Positions 1 through 9,912 of a stretch of DNA of 32,664 bases are shown here, in pieces. The stretch covers positions 1-32,664 of the forward strand of contig CAYNVA010000244.1 in the NCBI GenBank assembly GCA_964400575.1, given 5' to 3'. The position numbers and the translations under genes were made by a program. The notes beneath the pieces are model-generated. The model made no database searches. It worked only from the letters and a program-made list of their open reading frames with translations, and was not told the origin of the DNA. Positions within the stretch are counted from its first letter, which is position 1. Every line of letters begins with the position of its first letter. This DNA is from an uncultured Thermodesulfobacteriota bacterium (GTDB lineage Bacteria > Desulfobacterota > WTBG01 > CAIYCZ01 > CAIRTM01).

Positions 1-39
1 GTTGCCTGCTGCAGGCAGCCACTCGCCGTTGATATACAT
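1..39 (-). CDS. 5' end of a CDS running off the left edge (first 13 codons only); the N-terminus looks aldehyde-dehydrogenase-like but the product cannot be assigned
   Basis: The minus strand reads AAGGAGAG-cat-ATG TAT ATC AAC GGC GAG TGG..., giving MYINGEWLPAAGN. A strong SD sits 3 nt upstream of the ATG at 39..37. The INGEW start is common in NAD-dependent aldehyde dehydrogenases, but 13 aa is too few to be sure. Confidence 0.35.
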   Translation of the reverse strand, partial: MYINGEWLPAAGN

Positions 40-54
40 ATGCTCTCCTTCCGT

Positions 55-708
55 TTACGGTTGCCCATCCTGTTTCTGCCATGCCTGCTCAAGCACGGGC
101 TTGATTATTTTGGTGATTTCTCTGTATGCGTCGGGCATGAAGTGAAGCCCGTCGCTGATATAGAGCTCGTGGCGGGGCTGGCCCCGGACGTTGAAAAAAA
201 CAGGGTTTATGTCAATGAATCCGACCTTGTTTTCCGTGCGGCAATATGACTGCACAAGACTGTTGACAGTGTCTATTTCGTAACATTTTTCAAGCTTTTG
301 CGGCGCCTTATTAATGGAAATAAACAATACTGGTGTTTCTGGCAGTACATCATGCACCCGCCTGCAAAACTGTGTGAAACGCAGAGCAATGGCTTCTGCC
401 AGACTGCCGAATTCAAGATCATTGCTGCCGCAGTAGCAGGCGATGATCGCGGGTTTGCAGGGCAGGATGATCTTGTCCATATAGTGAAGCAGTTCCCAGG
501 TGCGAGCGCCGCCGAAGGCACGGTTCACAACCGGCATTGGGCTCATATCGCGCGCAAGGGTTGTCCAGAAACGAAATATGCTGCTGCCCGTAAAAACAAT
601 CGCGCCCGGCGGGGGCGGAGATGCTTTATCATGCTTCAGCAGTTCCTTTATTTCTTTTTGAAACCAGATTTCCTGTTCCGGCCTGGCGCGCTGCTTCATA
701 CCGAACAT
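55..708 (-). CDS. SGNH/GDSL-family hydrolase (lipase/esterase-like)
   Basis: 217-aa ORF with the four SGNH blocks in order: FTGSSI (block I Ser), AFGGAR (block II Gly), CGSNDL (block III Asn) and SDGLHF (block V Asp/His). The start could instead be the Met at codon 4. Confidence 0.8.
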   Translation of the reverse strand: MFGMKQRARPEQEIWFQKEIKELLKHDKASPPPPGAIVFTGSSIFRFWTTLARDMSPMPVVNRAFGGARTWELLHYMDKIILPCKPAIIACYCGSNDLEFGSLAEAIALRFTQFCRRVHDVLPETPVLFISINKAPQKLEKCYEIDTVNSLVQSYCRTENKVGFIDINPVFFNVRGQPRHELYISDGLHFMPDAYREITKIIKPVLEQAWQKQDGQP

Positions 709-750
709 GCTCCACGGATGTAAAATTGTTCATCGTTGATTTTTCATGGT

Positions 751-932
751 TTTTCGTTAACAACCAACGATTAACAATCAACGATTAACAATCAACGATT
801 AACAATCAACGATCAACAATCAACGATCAACAACCAACGATCAACAACCAACGATCAACAATCAACGATTAACAATCAACGATTAACAATCAACGATCAA
901 CAATCAACGATTAACAATCAACGATTAACGAA
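751..932. repeat. Tandem array of 12 units of a 14-bp repeat CAACGAT(T/C)AACAA(T/C), itself two CAACGAT/YAACAAY heptamers, plus a degenerate flanking unit
   Basis: Units read directly from the sequence at 765-778, 779-792 ... 919-932. Five units (807-862 and 891-904) carry GATC where the others have GATT. The 14-bp period is not a multiple of 3 and TAA stops are present, so the array is non-coding. It lies 45-225 bp upstream of the hydrolase start at 708. Confidence 0.95.
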
Positions 933-1005
933 CAGCCGGGCTTTCATGACAGGTCTATGGTATTGCAATGGGTAGGCAAACGTGAAGTTCGTGCAGACGG
1001 TCTGT

Positions 1006-1215
1006 TCACCTGTTTGACGGCGGACGGGGGTCTTTGCCCGCCTGTTTGTTCAGGAATATATCCAGTGATGAAAGCCCCAGTTTCCACTGTTTGTTTTTCT
1101 GTGCGGTCCGTTGCCATGGTGCATGCCGCCAGTATTTTTTCAGCCGCAGGTAGAGATATATCGAATCAGCTATAAGGAAAATAATAACAAGCACGATAGC
1201 GGCAATTTTCCACAT
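1006..1215 (-). CDS. Hypothetical small membrane protein (69 aa, one N-terminal TM helix)
   Basis: The ORF has a hydrophobic N-terminus (KIAAIVLVIIFLIADSIYLYL) followed by a basic stretch. The SD is weak and an equally long plus-strand ORF overlaps it, so coding status is uncertain. Confidence 0.3.
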   Translation of the reverse strand: MWKIAAIVLVIIFLIADSIYLYLRLKKYWRHAPWQRTAQKNKQWKLGLSSLDIFLNKQAGKDPRPPSNR

Positions 1216-1299
1216 AATTCATAAGGCCTTTTAGTAGTGCAGGGTCGTCTCCGCGTGACTATCGGCAATCAGAGCTTGTAAGGGTGTTGATCTGCCGGC

Positions 1300-1551
1300 C
1301 TAGCGAATACCCCGCTTTCGAAGCTCCCGTTCTTTAAGCCCGGCCTCGTATCCTCGTTGACGCGCCTTTTTTTCCTCGTCTGAGCGGAACATGTTGAGCG
1401 TATTTAAAACAGATTCGCTCTCGTGGGCGCGGATTTCCTCGTCTGAGCGGAACATGTTGATTACGTCAAAATCTAAAATTTTCTCGTTTTCATCTTTTGC
1501 TTGAAGCCCGAGTTCAAATCCTTTCTTGTATTCTTCGTTTATACTGCTCAT
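1300..1551 (-). CDS. Hypothetical small charged protein (83 aa) with an internal duplication (NMFRSDEE twice)
   Basis: Good SD (caAGGAGatgcc-ATG). The DNA has a 24-nt exact direct repeat, cctcgtctgagcggaacatgttga, at 1374-1397 and 1437-1460. I recognise no family. Confidence 0.6.
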   Translation of the reverse strand: MSSINEEYKKGFELGLQAKDENEKILDFDVINMFRSDEEIRAHESESVLNTLNMFRSDEEKKARQRGYEAGLKERELRKRGIR

Positions 1552-1796
1552 GGCATCTCCTTGTTAAAGGGTTATGAGAGGTTATTGCTGAAAATTTTAT
1601 ATCTCAAAGAATAGATTCACAAAAAGATTGGATCACCCGTTTATAAGTGCTGATCTATGCTTTTCTATATATAAATGTATCTATTAAAATTAAAAAATCA
1701 ACACATTTGTTATGCATATAAATGAACAACTGAATGCCGGTTCTCGTGCCTGCCGTTTTACTGCATGAGGCAACAAATGCCGGGAGGCATTTTCAC

Positions 1797-1823
1797 TTGC
1801 CATTTTTACACAGCAGGTATAAT
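1797..1823 (+). promoter_or_regulatory. Candidate sigma-70 promoter for tatA
   Basis: TTGCCA (1797-1802) and a perfect TATAAT (1818-1823), about 38 nt upstream of the tatA ATG. The 15-nt spacer is shorter than optimal. Confidence 0.35.
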
Positions 1824-1861
1824 CTGAAAAGAAATTAAAACATAAACAAAAAGGAGCTCTC

Positions 1862-2047
1862 ATGTTTGGCATCGGCATGACAGAAATGATTATTGTTCTC
1901 GTGATCGTGCTCATCGTTTTTGGCGCTGGCAAGCTTCCCGATATAGGCAAGGGACTCGGGCAGGGCATCAAGAACTTCAAGAAGGCCGTGGGAGGCCAGG
2001 ACGATGAGGACGCATCGACAAAAAAAGAGATCGACGACAAAAAATAA
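1862..2047 (+). CDS. tatA: Twin-arginine translocase subunit TatA/E
   Basis: 61 aa with the hallmark N-terminus [42 protein letters not shown] (TM helix, then FG..KLP, then an amphipathic helix). SD is aAAGGAGctctc-ATG. Confidence 0.95.
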   Translation: MFGIGMTEMIIVLVIVLIVFGAGKLPDIGKGLGQGIKNFKKAVGGQDDEDASTKKEIDDKK

Positions 2048-2074
2048 GTCTGGTGCTGAATCCGGAGACAAAAC

Positions 2075-2110
2075 GCGGTGCCTCGCTAGAGGGCGCCGCT
2101 TTGTTTTTTT
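2075..2110 (+). terminator. Rho-independent terminator after tatA
   Basis: GC-rich imperfect hairpin gcggtgcctc/gagggcgccgc followed by tttgttttttt, 28 nt after the tatA stop. Confidence 0.7.
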
Positions 2111-2320
2111 AGCCGGCTTTGCTTGATGATCCTGTAAAATGTCGCAGCGCGTGTCATAGCGGTGAGCCCTTCGGCACAGCTCAGGATAAACTGCGCGACA
2201 TGGCAATCTTTGCTGTAGAGACAATTCATGAATGGTCTCTACCAACACTTGCAGAAACTGCTTTCCGCCGCGGCGGATTCGCAATGACAGTTTATTGAAA
2301 TTTTTACGAGACTAGCTTGC

Positions 2321-3520
2321 TTACGTTGTATAGTCGGCGTTGATTTTTACATAATCATAGCTGAGATCGCAGGTGGTAACTTCGCAGCATTGTTTGCCCG
2401 CCTTCAGATCAACGGCAATCTCTATGCAATCCTTTGCCATAATTGCTTTCAGCCGCGCGATGTTTTTCTGAACTCCCAGGCCATTCCGAACGCTTTGCAC
2501 CCCGTTGAAAAAGAGATCGACTTTTGCCATGTCAAACTGCGCGCCCGATCTGCCCAGGGCGGCCATGATGCGGCCCCAGTTGTAGTCCTGTCCGAAGAAG
2601 GCCGTTTTCACCAGCGGCGAATTGGCAACCGTCATGGCCGCCAACTTTGCCTGCGCTGCGGTTTTTGCATTTTTGATGTTTATCAGCAGCAATTTGGTTG
2701 CCCCCTCGCCGTCTTTTACAATGAGGCGGGCAAGCCGTTTCATGACTTCATAAAGAAGTTTAGAGAATACTTTGTAACTATTCGATTTCACATTTTTTAT
2801 TTTTTGACCTGACTTACCGCTTGCAAGCACCAGCACCGTATCGTTGGTGCTCATGTCGCCGTCAACGGATATGCGGTTAAAGGTAAGCTCAACATTTTCC
2901 CGCACCAGTGCAGCCAGCAGTTTCCAGTGGATGTCGGCATCGGTGACGATATAGGAAAGCATGGTGGCCATGTCGGGCATGATCATGCCGGCGCCCTTGG
3001 CAACGCCGCATACTCTGACCGGCTGGCCGTCGACCGTGTCCTGGAGGGCGACGATTTTCGGGAATGTATCGGTCGTCATAATGGCGTCGGTAAAATCGGA
3101 AATACCACCCGGAGATGCATGCTGAACAAGGGCGGGCACGGCTGCAACAATTTTTCCCACCGGCAGGGGCACGCCGATAACACCGGTTGACGACGGCACT
3201 ACAAGGCACGGCCTTATGCGCAGTTCGCGAGCAAGGGCAGAGCTTGCTGCTTCGCCGTCCCTGACTCCCTGCGCCCCGGTGCAGGCGTTGGCATTGCCGC
3301 TGTTGACCAGCACTGCCTGGGCTATGCCCGATTTCAGGCGCTTCTGACCGATGAGCACCGGCGCGGCCTTGACGATGTTTCTCGTGAATGCCGCCGCGGC
3401 CGTGCACGGCCCGTCGGCAAGGATGAGGCCGATGTCCTTTTTGCCGTTCTTTTTAAGTCCGCCGGCAACTCCTGAAAATCGGAATCCGGAGACGCCTTTT
3501 TTGAATGAGAATGTTTTCAT
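2321..3520 (-). CDS. argJ: Bifunctional ornithine acetyltransferase / N-acetylglutamate synthase ArgJ
   Basis: 399 aa with ArgJ signatures: TTDTFPK, GMIMPDMATMLSYIVTDA (autoproteolytic ATML site), SVDGDMSTNDTV and the C-terminal SYDYVKINADYTT. Confidence 0.93.
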   Translation of the reverse strand: MKTFSFKKGVSGFRFSGVAGGLKKNGKKDIGLILADGPCTAAAAFTRNIVKAAPVLIGQKRLKSGIAQAVLVNSGNANACTGAQGVRDGEAASSALARELRIRPCLVVPSSTGVIGVPLPVGKIVAAVPALVQHASPGGISDFTDAIMTTDTFPKIVALQDTVDGQPVRVCGVAKGAGMIMPDMATMLSYIVTDADIHWKLLAALVRENVELTFNRISVDGDMSTNDTVLVLASGKSGQKIKNVKSNSYKVFSKLLYEVMKRLARLIVKDGEGATKLLLINIKNAKTAAQAKLAAMTVANSPLVKTAFFGQDYNWGRIMAALGRSGAQFDMAKVDLFFNGVQSVRNGLGVQKNIARLKAIMAKDCIEIAVDLKAGKQCCEVTTCDLSYDYVKINADYTT

Positions 3521-3754
3521 GAGTATAGCATCCGAAATGCGCGCTGTTTAGGGCCTATCCCATTAGGTGCCTGGCATCGCTTTTTCAGGCACCGTTCTTA
3601 CTGGTAGAGGCCGGTTTTGGCGGATCTTTTTTTGTTCGCACGGCCTGAAATGCGGTCAGCCAAACTCCTCATGAGCCAGGCCCTTAATGGTAAAGGGCTG
3701 ACCAGCTTTGCCTGCCCGTCTTCTATTGGTACAACAGCTGATCAGCAGGCCTTG

Positions 3755-6688
<2,934 letters not shown>

Positions 6689-6735
6689 GCTTCTGCTCCT
6701 CTAGTAGCAACCGCAGCGCATCTGCGGACTGTATT

Positions 6736-7398
6736 TTATGTTGTCGAGAGGACTTCATTGACAAGCCGCTCAATTTTTCCGGCATGTTTCACGCCTGGAG
6801 TTTTTTCTACACCGCTGCTGGCATCAATCCCTGCGGGGTGTACCTGCAAAATTCCCCGCGCAACATTTTCAGGGGTAATGCCGCCGGCAAGGAATACCGG
6901 CAGCGGACTTGCCGCAACAATACGGGCAGCCAGATTCCAGTCGCAGGTTTTACCGGTACCGCCTTTCAGGCCATCCACCATCGTATCGAGAATAATGACA
7001 TCGATACCTGCGCGTTTAAGCGCTGCAAGACGGCTTGTCAGCTCAGCGACCGGAAAATCCTGCTGAGCCTGCCCGGGTATCCTGACGGGGAGCCAGAGGC
7101 TGCATGCTGTTTGCCTTTTGACCAGTGTAATGTCATCTGGCGTCAGATCACTGATGAGCTGGAGGCCATATGGGCGCACCTGTGAGGCGATCTCCACGAT
7201 TTCGCTGGCTGGCTTGTCCAGCAGGAGTATTACCGGAATCCGTGATTGCCTGGTAATGTCTGCTGCAGCCGCATGCCCGATACTGCGCGGTGAGTCTTCT
7301 ATTGCGCACACAAGACCAATGAAATCAGCGCCGCAGCGTTCAGCCAGAGCAGCGTCGCTGACGCTTGTGATACCGCAGATTTTGATCCTGGACTGCAT
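6736..7398 (-). CDS. trpF: Phosphoribosylanthranilate isomerase
   Basis: 220 aa with IKICGIT..D..A.....GADFIGLV....SPR at the N-terminus, GGTGKTCDW and FLAGGITPENV. No other trp genes are adjacent. Confidence 0.85.
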   Translation of the reverse strand: MQSRIKICGITSVSDAALAERCGADFIGLVCAIEDSPRSIGHAAAADITRQSRIPVILLLDKPASEIVEIASQVRPYGLQLISDLTPDDITLVKRQTACSLWLPVRIPGQAQQDFPVAELTSRLAALKRAGIDVIILDTMVDGLKGGTGKTCDWNLAARIVAASPLPVFLAGGITPENVARGILQVHPAGIDASSGVEKTPGVKHAGKIERLVNEVLSTT

Positions 7399-7475
7399 GG
7401 TGTTATACTGGAAAAATAATAATCAAGAAGTATAGAATGCCGGCAGATGCAGTGTCAATACCAAAGATACCACAA

Positions 7476-7510
7476 CGCCCCGTGATGTCATTGAGGATCA
7501 CCACGGGGCG
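7476..7510 (-). terminator. Strong GC stem-loop downstream of the lipoprotein/response-regulator pair (possible bidirectional terminator)
   Basis: cgccccgtg...cacggggcg forms a 9-bp GC-rich stem that is extendable. It is flanked by cttattttc on the plus strand and by ttgtggtatctttgg on the minus strand, 37 nt past the regulator stop. Confidence 0.5.
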
Positions 7511-7546
7511 CTTATTTTCGGTTGCGCACTTTGCGAATCTGTTGCG

Positions 7547-7921
7547 TCACATGAATTTTGCCACATTAGCAAGCAGTGTTTTTTCGTCGAATGGTTTGAT
7601 CATGTATTCATCGGCACCCTGCTTCATACCCCAGAATTTGTCGCTTTCCTGACTTTTGCTCGAAATAATGATTATTTTTATATCCTGTGTTTCGGGTGAG
7701 TTTTTAAGCTGGCGGCAGACCTGAAAGCCGTTTTTTTTAGGCATGATGACATCCAGAAGCATTACTCGCGGATGCTGACTGCATGCTTTTTCAATCGCTT
7801 CATCACCGTCTACTGCTGTGATAACCGTATAGCCTTTGGCTTTGAGCGGAGCAGTAAGCAGCTGGAGTTCCGTAGGACTGTCGTCGACGACCAGTATTAT
7901 GTTGGCTGCTTGTGTGGCCAT
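7547..7921 (-). CDS. Single-domain response regulator (CheY-like receiver only)
   Basis: 124 aa with ILVVDDS (acidic pocket), MLLDVIMP (phospho-acceptor Asp), IIIISSK and GADEYMIKPF (conserved Lys). There is no output domain. Confidence 0.92.
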   Translation of the reverse strand: MATQAANIILVVDDSPTELQLLTAPLKAKGYTVITAVDGDEAIEKACSQHPRVMLLDVIMPKKNGFQVCRQLKNSPETQDIKIIIISSKSQESDKFWGMKQGADEYMIKPFDEKTLLANVAKFM

Positions 7922-7926
7922 ACAAA

Positions 7927-8508
7927 TTAAATCTTTTTATTCAGAAAAGCCGTGACGTCCTGGAGCAATTTGTCCAGCGCCTGAGGTATATCCTTGCCGC
8001 GCCCCATGTGGCAGATTTTTACCAGTTCACGCTTTGATCCGGCTTCGACAATAATAAGCTCCAGTTCAACCGAGGGCACATCCTCATATGATGGAGATAA
8101 TCGTTTGATCAAGCCGGGCTTCCCCTGCATGCCTGTTATGGCTGCTGTCAGGACAACAGAGAGCCCTTCAACGGCGTTTTTCTTTCGGGCATCCAGCGCA
8201 GCAGTCAGTGATGTTTCGATGCGTGTCTGTGCCCAGGGATATTCAATTCTGCTGTAGTTTAAAATAGGGTGCAGGGTGACTGCACGGCAATCATCGAGTC
8301 TGAAAGCTGCATCTATCCACGCCCATGAAACGATATCATCCTCTTTCATGCCGGTATAATCCAGTATCAATCGCTGCATGGTTGCATTGTCCGAGGTCAT
8401 AACGCTAGCAGCATCAGCACCCGAAGCCTTTTTTTTCTGAGGACTGCTGCTGCAGGCGGCCAGGCACAGGCATAGAATAATCGTACTCCAAACCCCTATT
8501 GTTTTCAT
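7927..8508 (-). CDS. Hypothetical lipoprotein
   Basis: 193 aa with a signal peptide ending in the lipobox LAAC|SSS. Its stop is 5 nt before the response-regulator ATG, which suggests translational coupling. I recognise no family. Confidence 0.75.
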   Translation of the reverse strand: MKTIGVWSTIILCLCLAACSSSPQKKKASGADAASVMTSDNATMQRLILDYTGMKEDDIVSWAWIDAAFRLDDCRAVTLHPILNYSRIEYPWAQTRIETSLTAALDARKKNAVEGLSVVLTAAITGMQGKPGLIKRLSPSYEDVPSVELELIIVEAGSKRELVKICHMGRGKDIPQALDKLLQDVTAFLNKKI

Positions 8509-8736
8509 TGCATCCCTGGTAATGAGAATGTATTGTTTAAAATCGGAAATTATCGTTGACTTTGTCAGGACAATAAAAAGTTATAAAACCATAACGGAAA
8601 AACATGGTAAGGTCAATACATAATCTGATAAATATACAAGCTTGAAACAGGTGTTTCCCCGGTTAAAAGGATTAATAAATGCACTTATTGCCCAGAGCAC
8701 GTGCTGTATGAGTTGTGTTTTAGGCGTTTTATTTTG

Positions 8737-8766
8737 TTGGTGCAAAAAATAAAATTCTATTATAAA
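8737..8766 (+). promoter_or_regulatory. Candidate sigma-70 promoter for the TPR/GTPase operon
   Basis: TTGGTG (8737-8742), a 17/18-nt spacer, then TTATAA/TATAAA (8760-8766), about 45 nt upstream of the ATG at 8809 in an AT-rich 300-bp divergent intergenic region. Confidence 0.3.
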
Positions 8767-8808
8767 ATTTAACTATAAGCTTGCAGACCGCAAGATCGGC
8801 CTGCGGTA

Positions 8809-9903
8809 ATGAAGCAGGTTCAAAATAAGCTGTTACCTCCAGACTGGCAAGCGATAGCTATGATGCAGTTTTTTAAAAAGCAGACGACACAGGATAAATT
8901 CAAGGATTCACTGGACAAACTGCAGAAGCTCCAAGTGCAGAATCCGGCCGATCTGCGTGTGCGTGTCAAAATTGCCGAACTGTATTTGGAATACGGCAGG
9001 AAAGAGGAAGCCATCGGTGAATATCTTGCTGCAGCAAACGCATATCAGACCAAGCGTCTTTTCCAGATAGCTGTCGCAATTTATAACCACGCCATTTCTA
9101 TAGACCCTGATCAGGTCGATATCTATACGGAGCTTGCCAATCTTCACTTGAGAAACGGTTTTATCGGCGATGGCGTTGCCGTGCTTGAAAAACTCGCCAA
9201 TCATTTTTGTGATAAAAGCATGAACTATGAGGCGGTTCAGGTGCTCAATAAAATTCATGAAATTGATCCCAGCAATGAATTTTTTAAAATGAAGATTGCA
9301 AAATTTTATCATGACAAGGATTGGCAGATTGCAGAACCGAAAAACGGAGATACAGTCGAAGCGCAGATCAAAGTTCCTCAGGGCGATTTCGACCTTCAAT
9401 CCGCCCTTGCCAGCGATGCTGATGTATATGTAGCCATTCCCCCTCAGGGCACCCAGGAGGAAGAGGCGGGCGGCGGTATGACCTTTGATGATGTGTTCAG
9501 CCAGTTGAAGGTCATGATTGCCAATACCGATGACATGAACAGCCCCCAGTTTCATTTTAATTTTGGTCTGGCCTATATCCGGTGCAGAGAATTTGAAGAA
9601 GCAATCACTGAGTTCACGGCAGCGCTGGACGGGGTTGACAATAAAGCAGAATGCTATATAAAACTTTCTGAGTGCCATATGGCTCTCGAGCATTTTGACA
9701 TTGCAAATGACTTGATCGGCAGGGCTTTAAAACTATTGAACCTTACCGAAAAAGACAGGCTCAGTCTGATTTATCAGTCGGGGCTTGTGTATAAGGAAAA
9801 AGGAGATTCGCAAAAGGCTTTAAAGGTTTTCCAGAAGGTGTACGATGCCGACCGCAATTTCAGATCGGTTGACATTGAAATTAAAAATCTTTTAAGATCG
9901 TGA
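8809..9903 (+). CDS. Soluble tetratricopeptide-repeat (TPR) protein, first gene of the GTPase operon
   Basis: 364 aa. TPR-like helical repeats (e.g. AELYLEYGRKEEAIGEYLAAANAY, LANLHLRNGFIGDGVAVLEKL, GLAYIRCREFEEAITEFTAAL, GLVYKEKGDSQKALKVFQKVY) are separated by an acidic linker containing GGGMTFDDVF. No obvious SD. Confidence 0.8.
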   Translation: MKQVQNKLLPPDWQAIAMMQFFKKQTTQDKFKDSLDKLQKLQVQNPADLRVRVKIAELYLEYGRKEEAIGEYLAAANAYQTKRLFQIAVAIYNHAISIDPDQVDIYTELANLHLRNGFIGDGVAVLEKLANHFCDKSMNYEAVQVLNKIHEIDPSNEFFKMKIAKFYHDKDWQIAEPKNGDTVEAQIKVPQGDFDLQSALASDADVYVAIPPQGTQEEEAGGGMTFDDVFSQLKVMIANTDDMNSPQFHFNFGLAYIRCREFEEAITEFTAALDGVDNKAECYIKLSECHMALEHFDIANDLIGRALKLLNLTEKDRLSLIYQSGLVYKEKGDSQKALKVFQKVYDADRNFRSVDIEIKNLLRS

Positions 9904-9912
9904 GGTTGAGCC

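Noticed and set aside
751-932. Possibility that the 14-bp tandem array is a CRISPR array or a coding repeat
   Set aside because: The units are directly abutting with no spacers, and at 14 bp they are far shorter than CRISPR repeats. No cas genes are present. The period is not divisible by 3 and stop codons occur in the array.
957-1175. 72-aa plus-strand ORF overlapping the 69-aa minus-strand ORF
   Set aside because: It has no SD, no motif and a Cys/Val-rich random-looking composition. The minus-strand ORF at least has a clean TM helix, and even that is only low confidence.
3571-3586. TGGCAT...TTTT sequence resembling a sigma-54 -24 element
   Set aside because: There is no TTGC -12 element at the correct spacing, and the sequence is on the plus strand where no downstream gene exists.
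3598-3672. 24-codon minus-strand mini-ORF MRSLADRISGRANKKRSAKTGLYQ between secA and argJ, followed by an 8-bp hairpin (3566..3593); considered as an arginine-rich leader peptide/attenuator for argJ
   Set aside because: The SD is only weak (AAGGG). The hairpin has no U-tract and I could see no alternative antiterminator pairing. Four scattered Arg codons are not a convincing control run. It cannot be supported without conservation or Ribo-seq data.
8908-9693. 261-aa minus-strand ORF inside the TPR gene; likewise 23607..24395 (antisense to lptB/rpoN), 26078..26839 (antisense to ptsN/rapZ), 11959..12537, 20119..20709 and 1835..2284 (antisense to tatA)
   Set aside because: Each is antisense to a gene with clear family motifs, and none has a recognisable domain or ribosome-binding site. 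I treated them as shadow ORFs.
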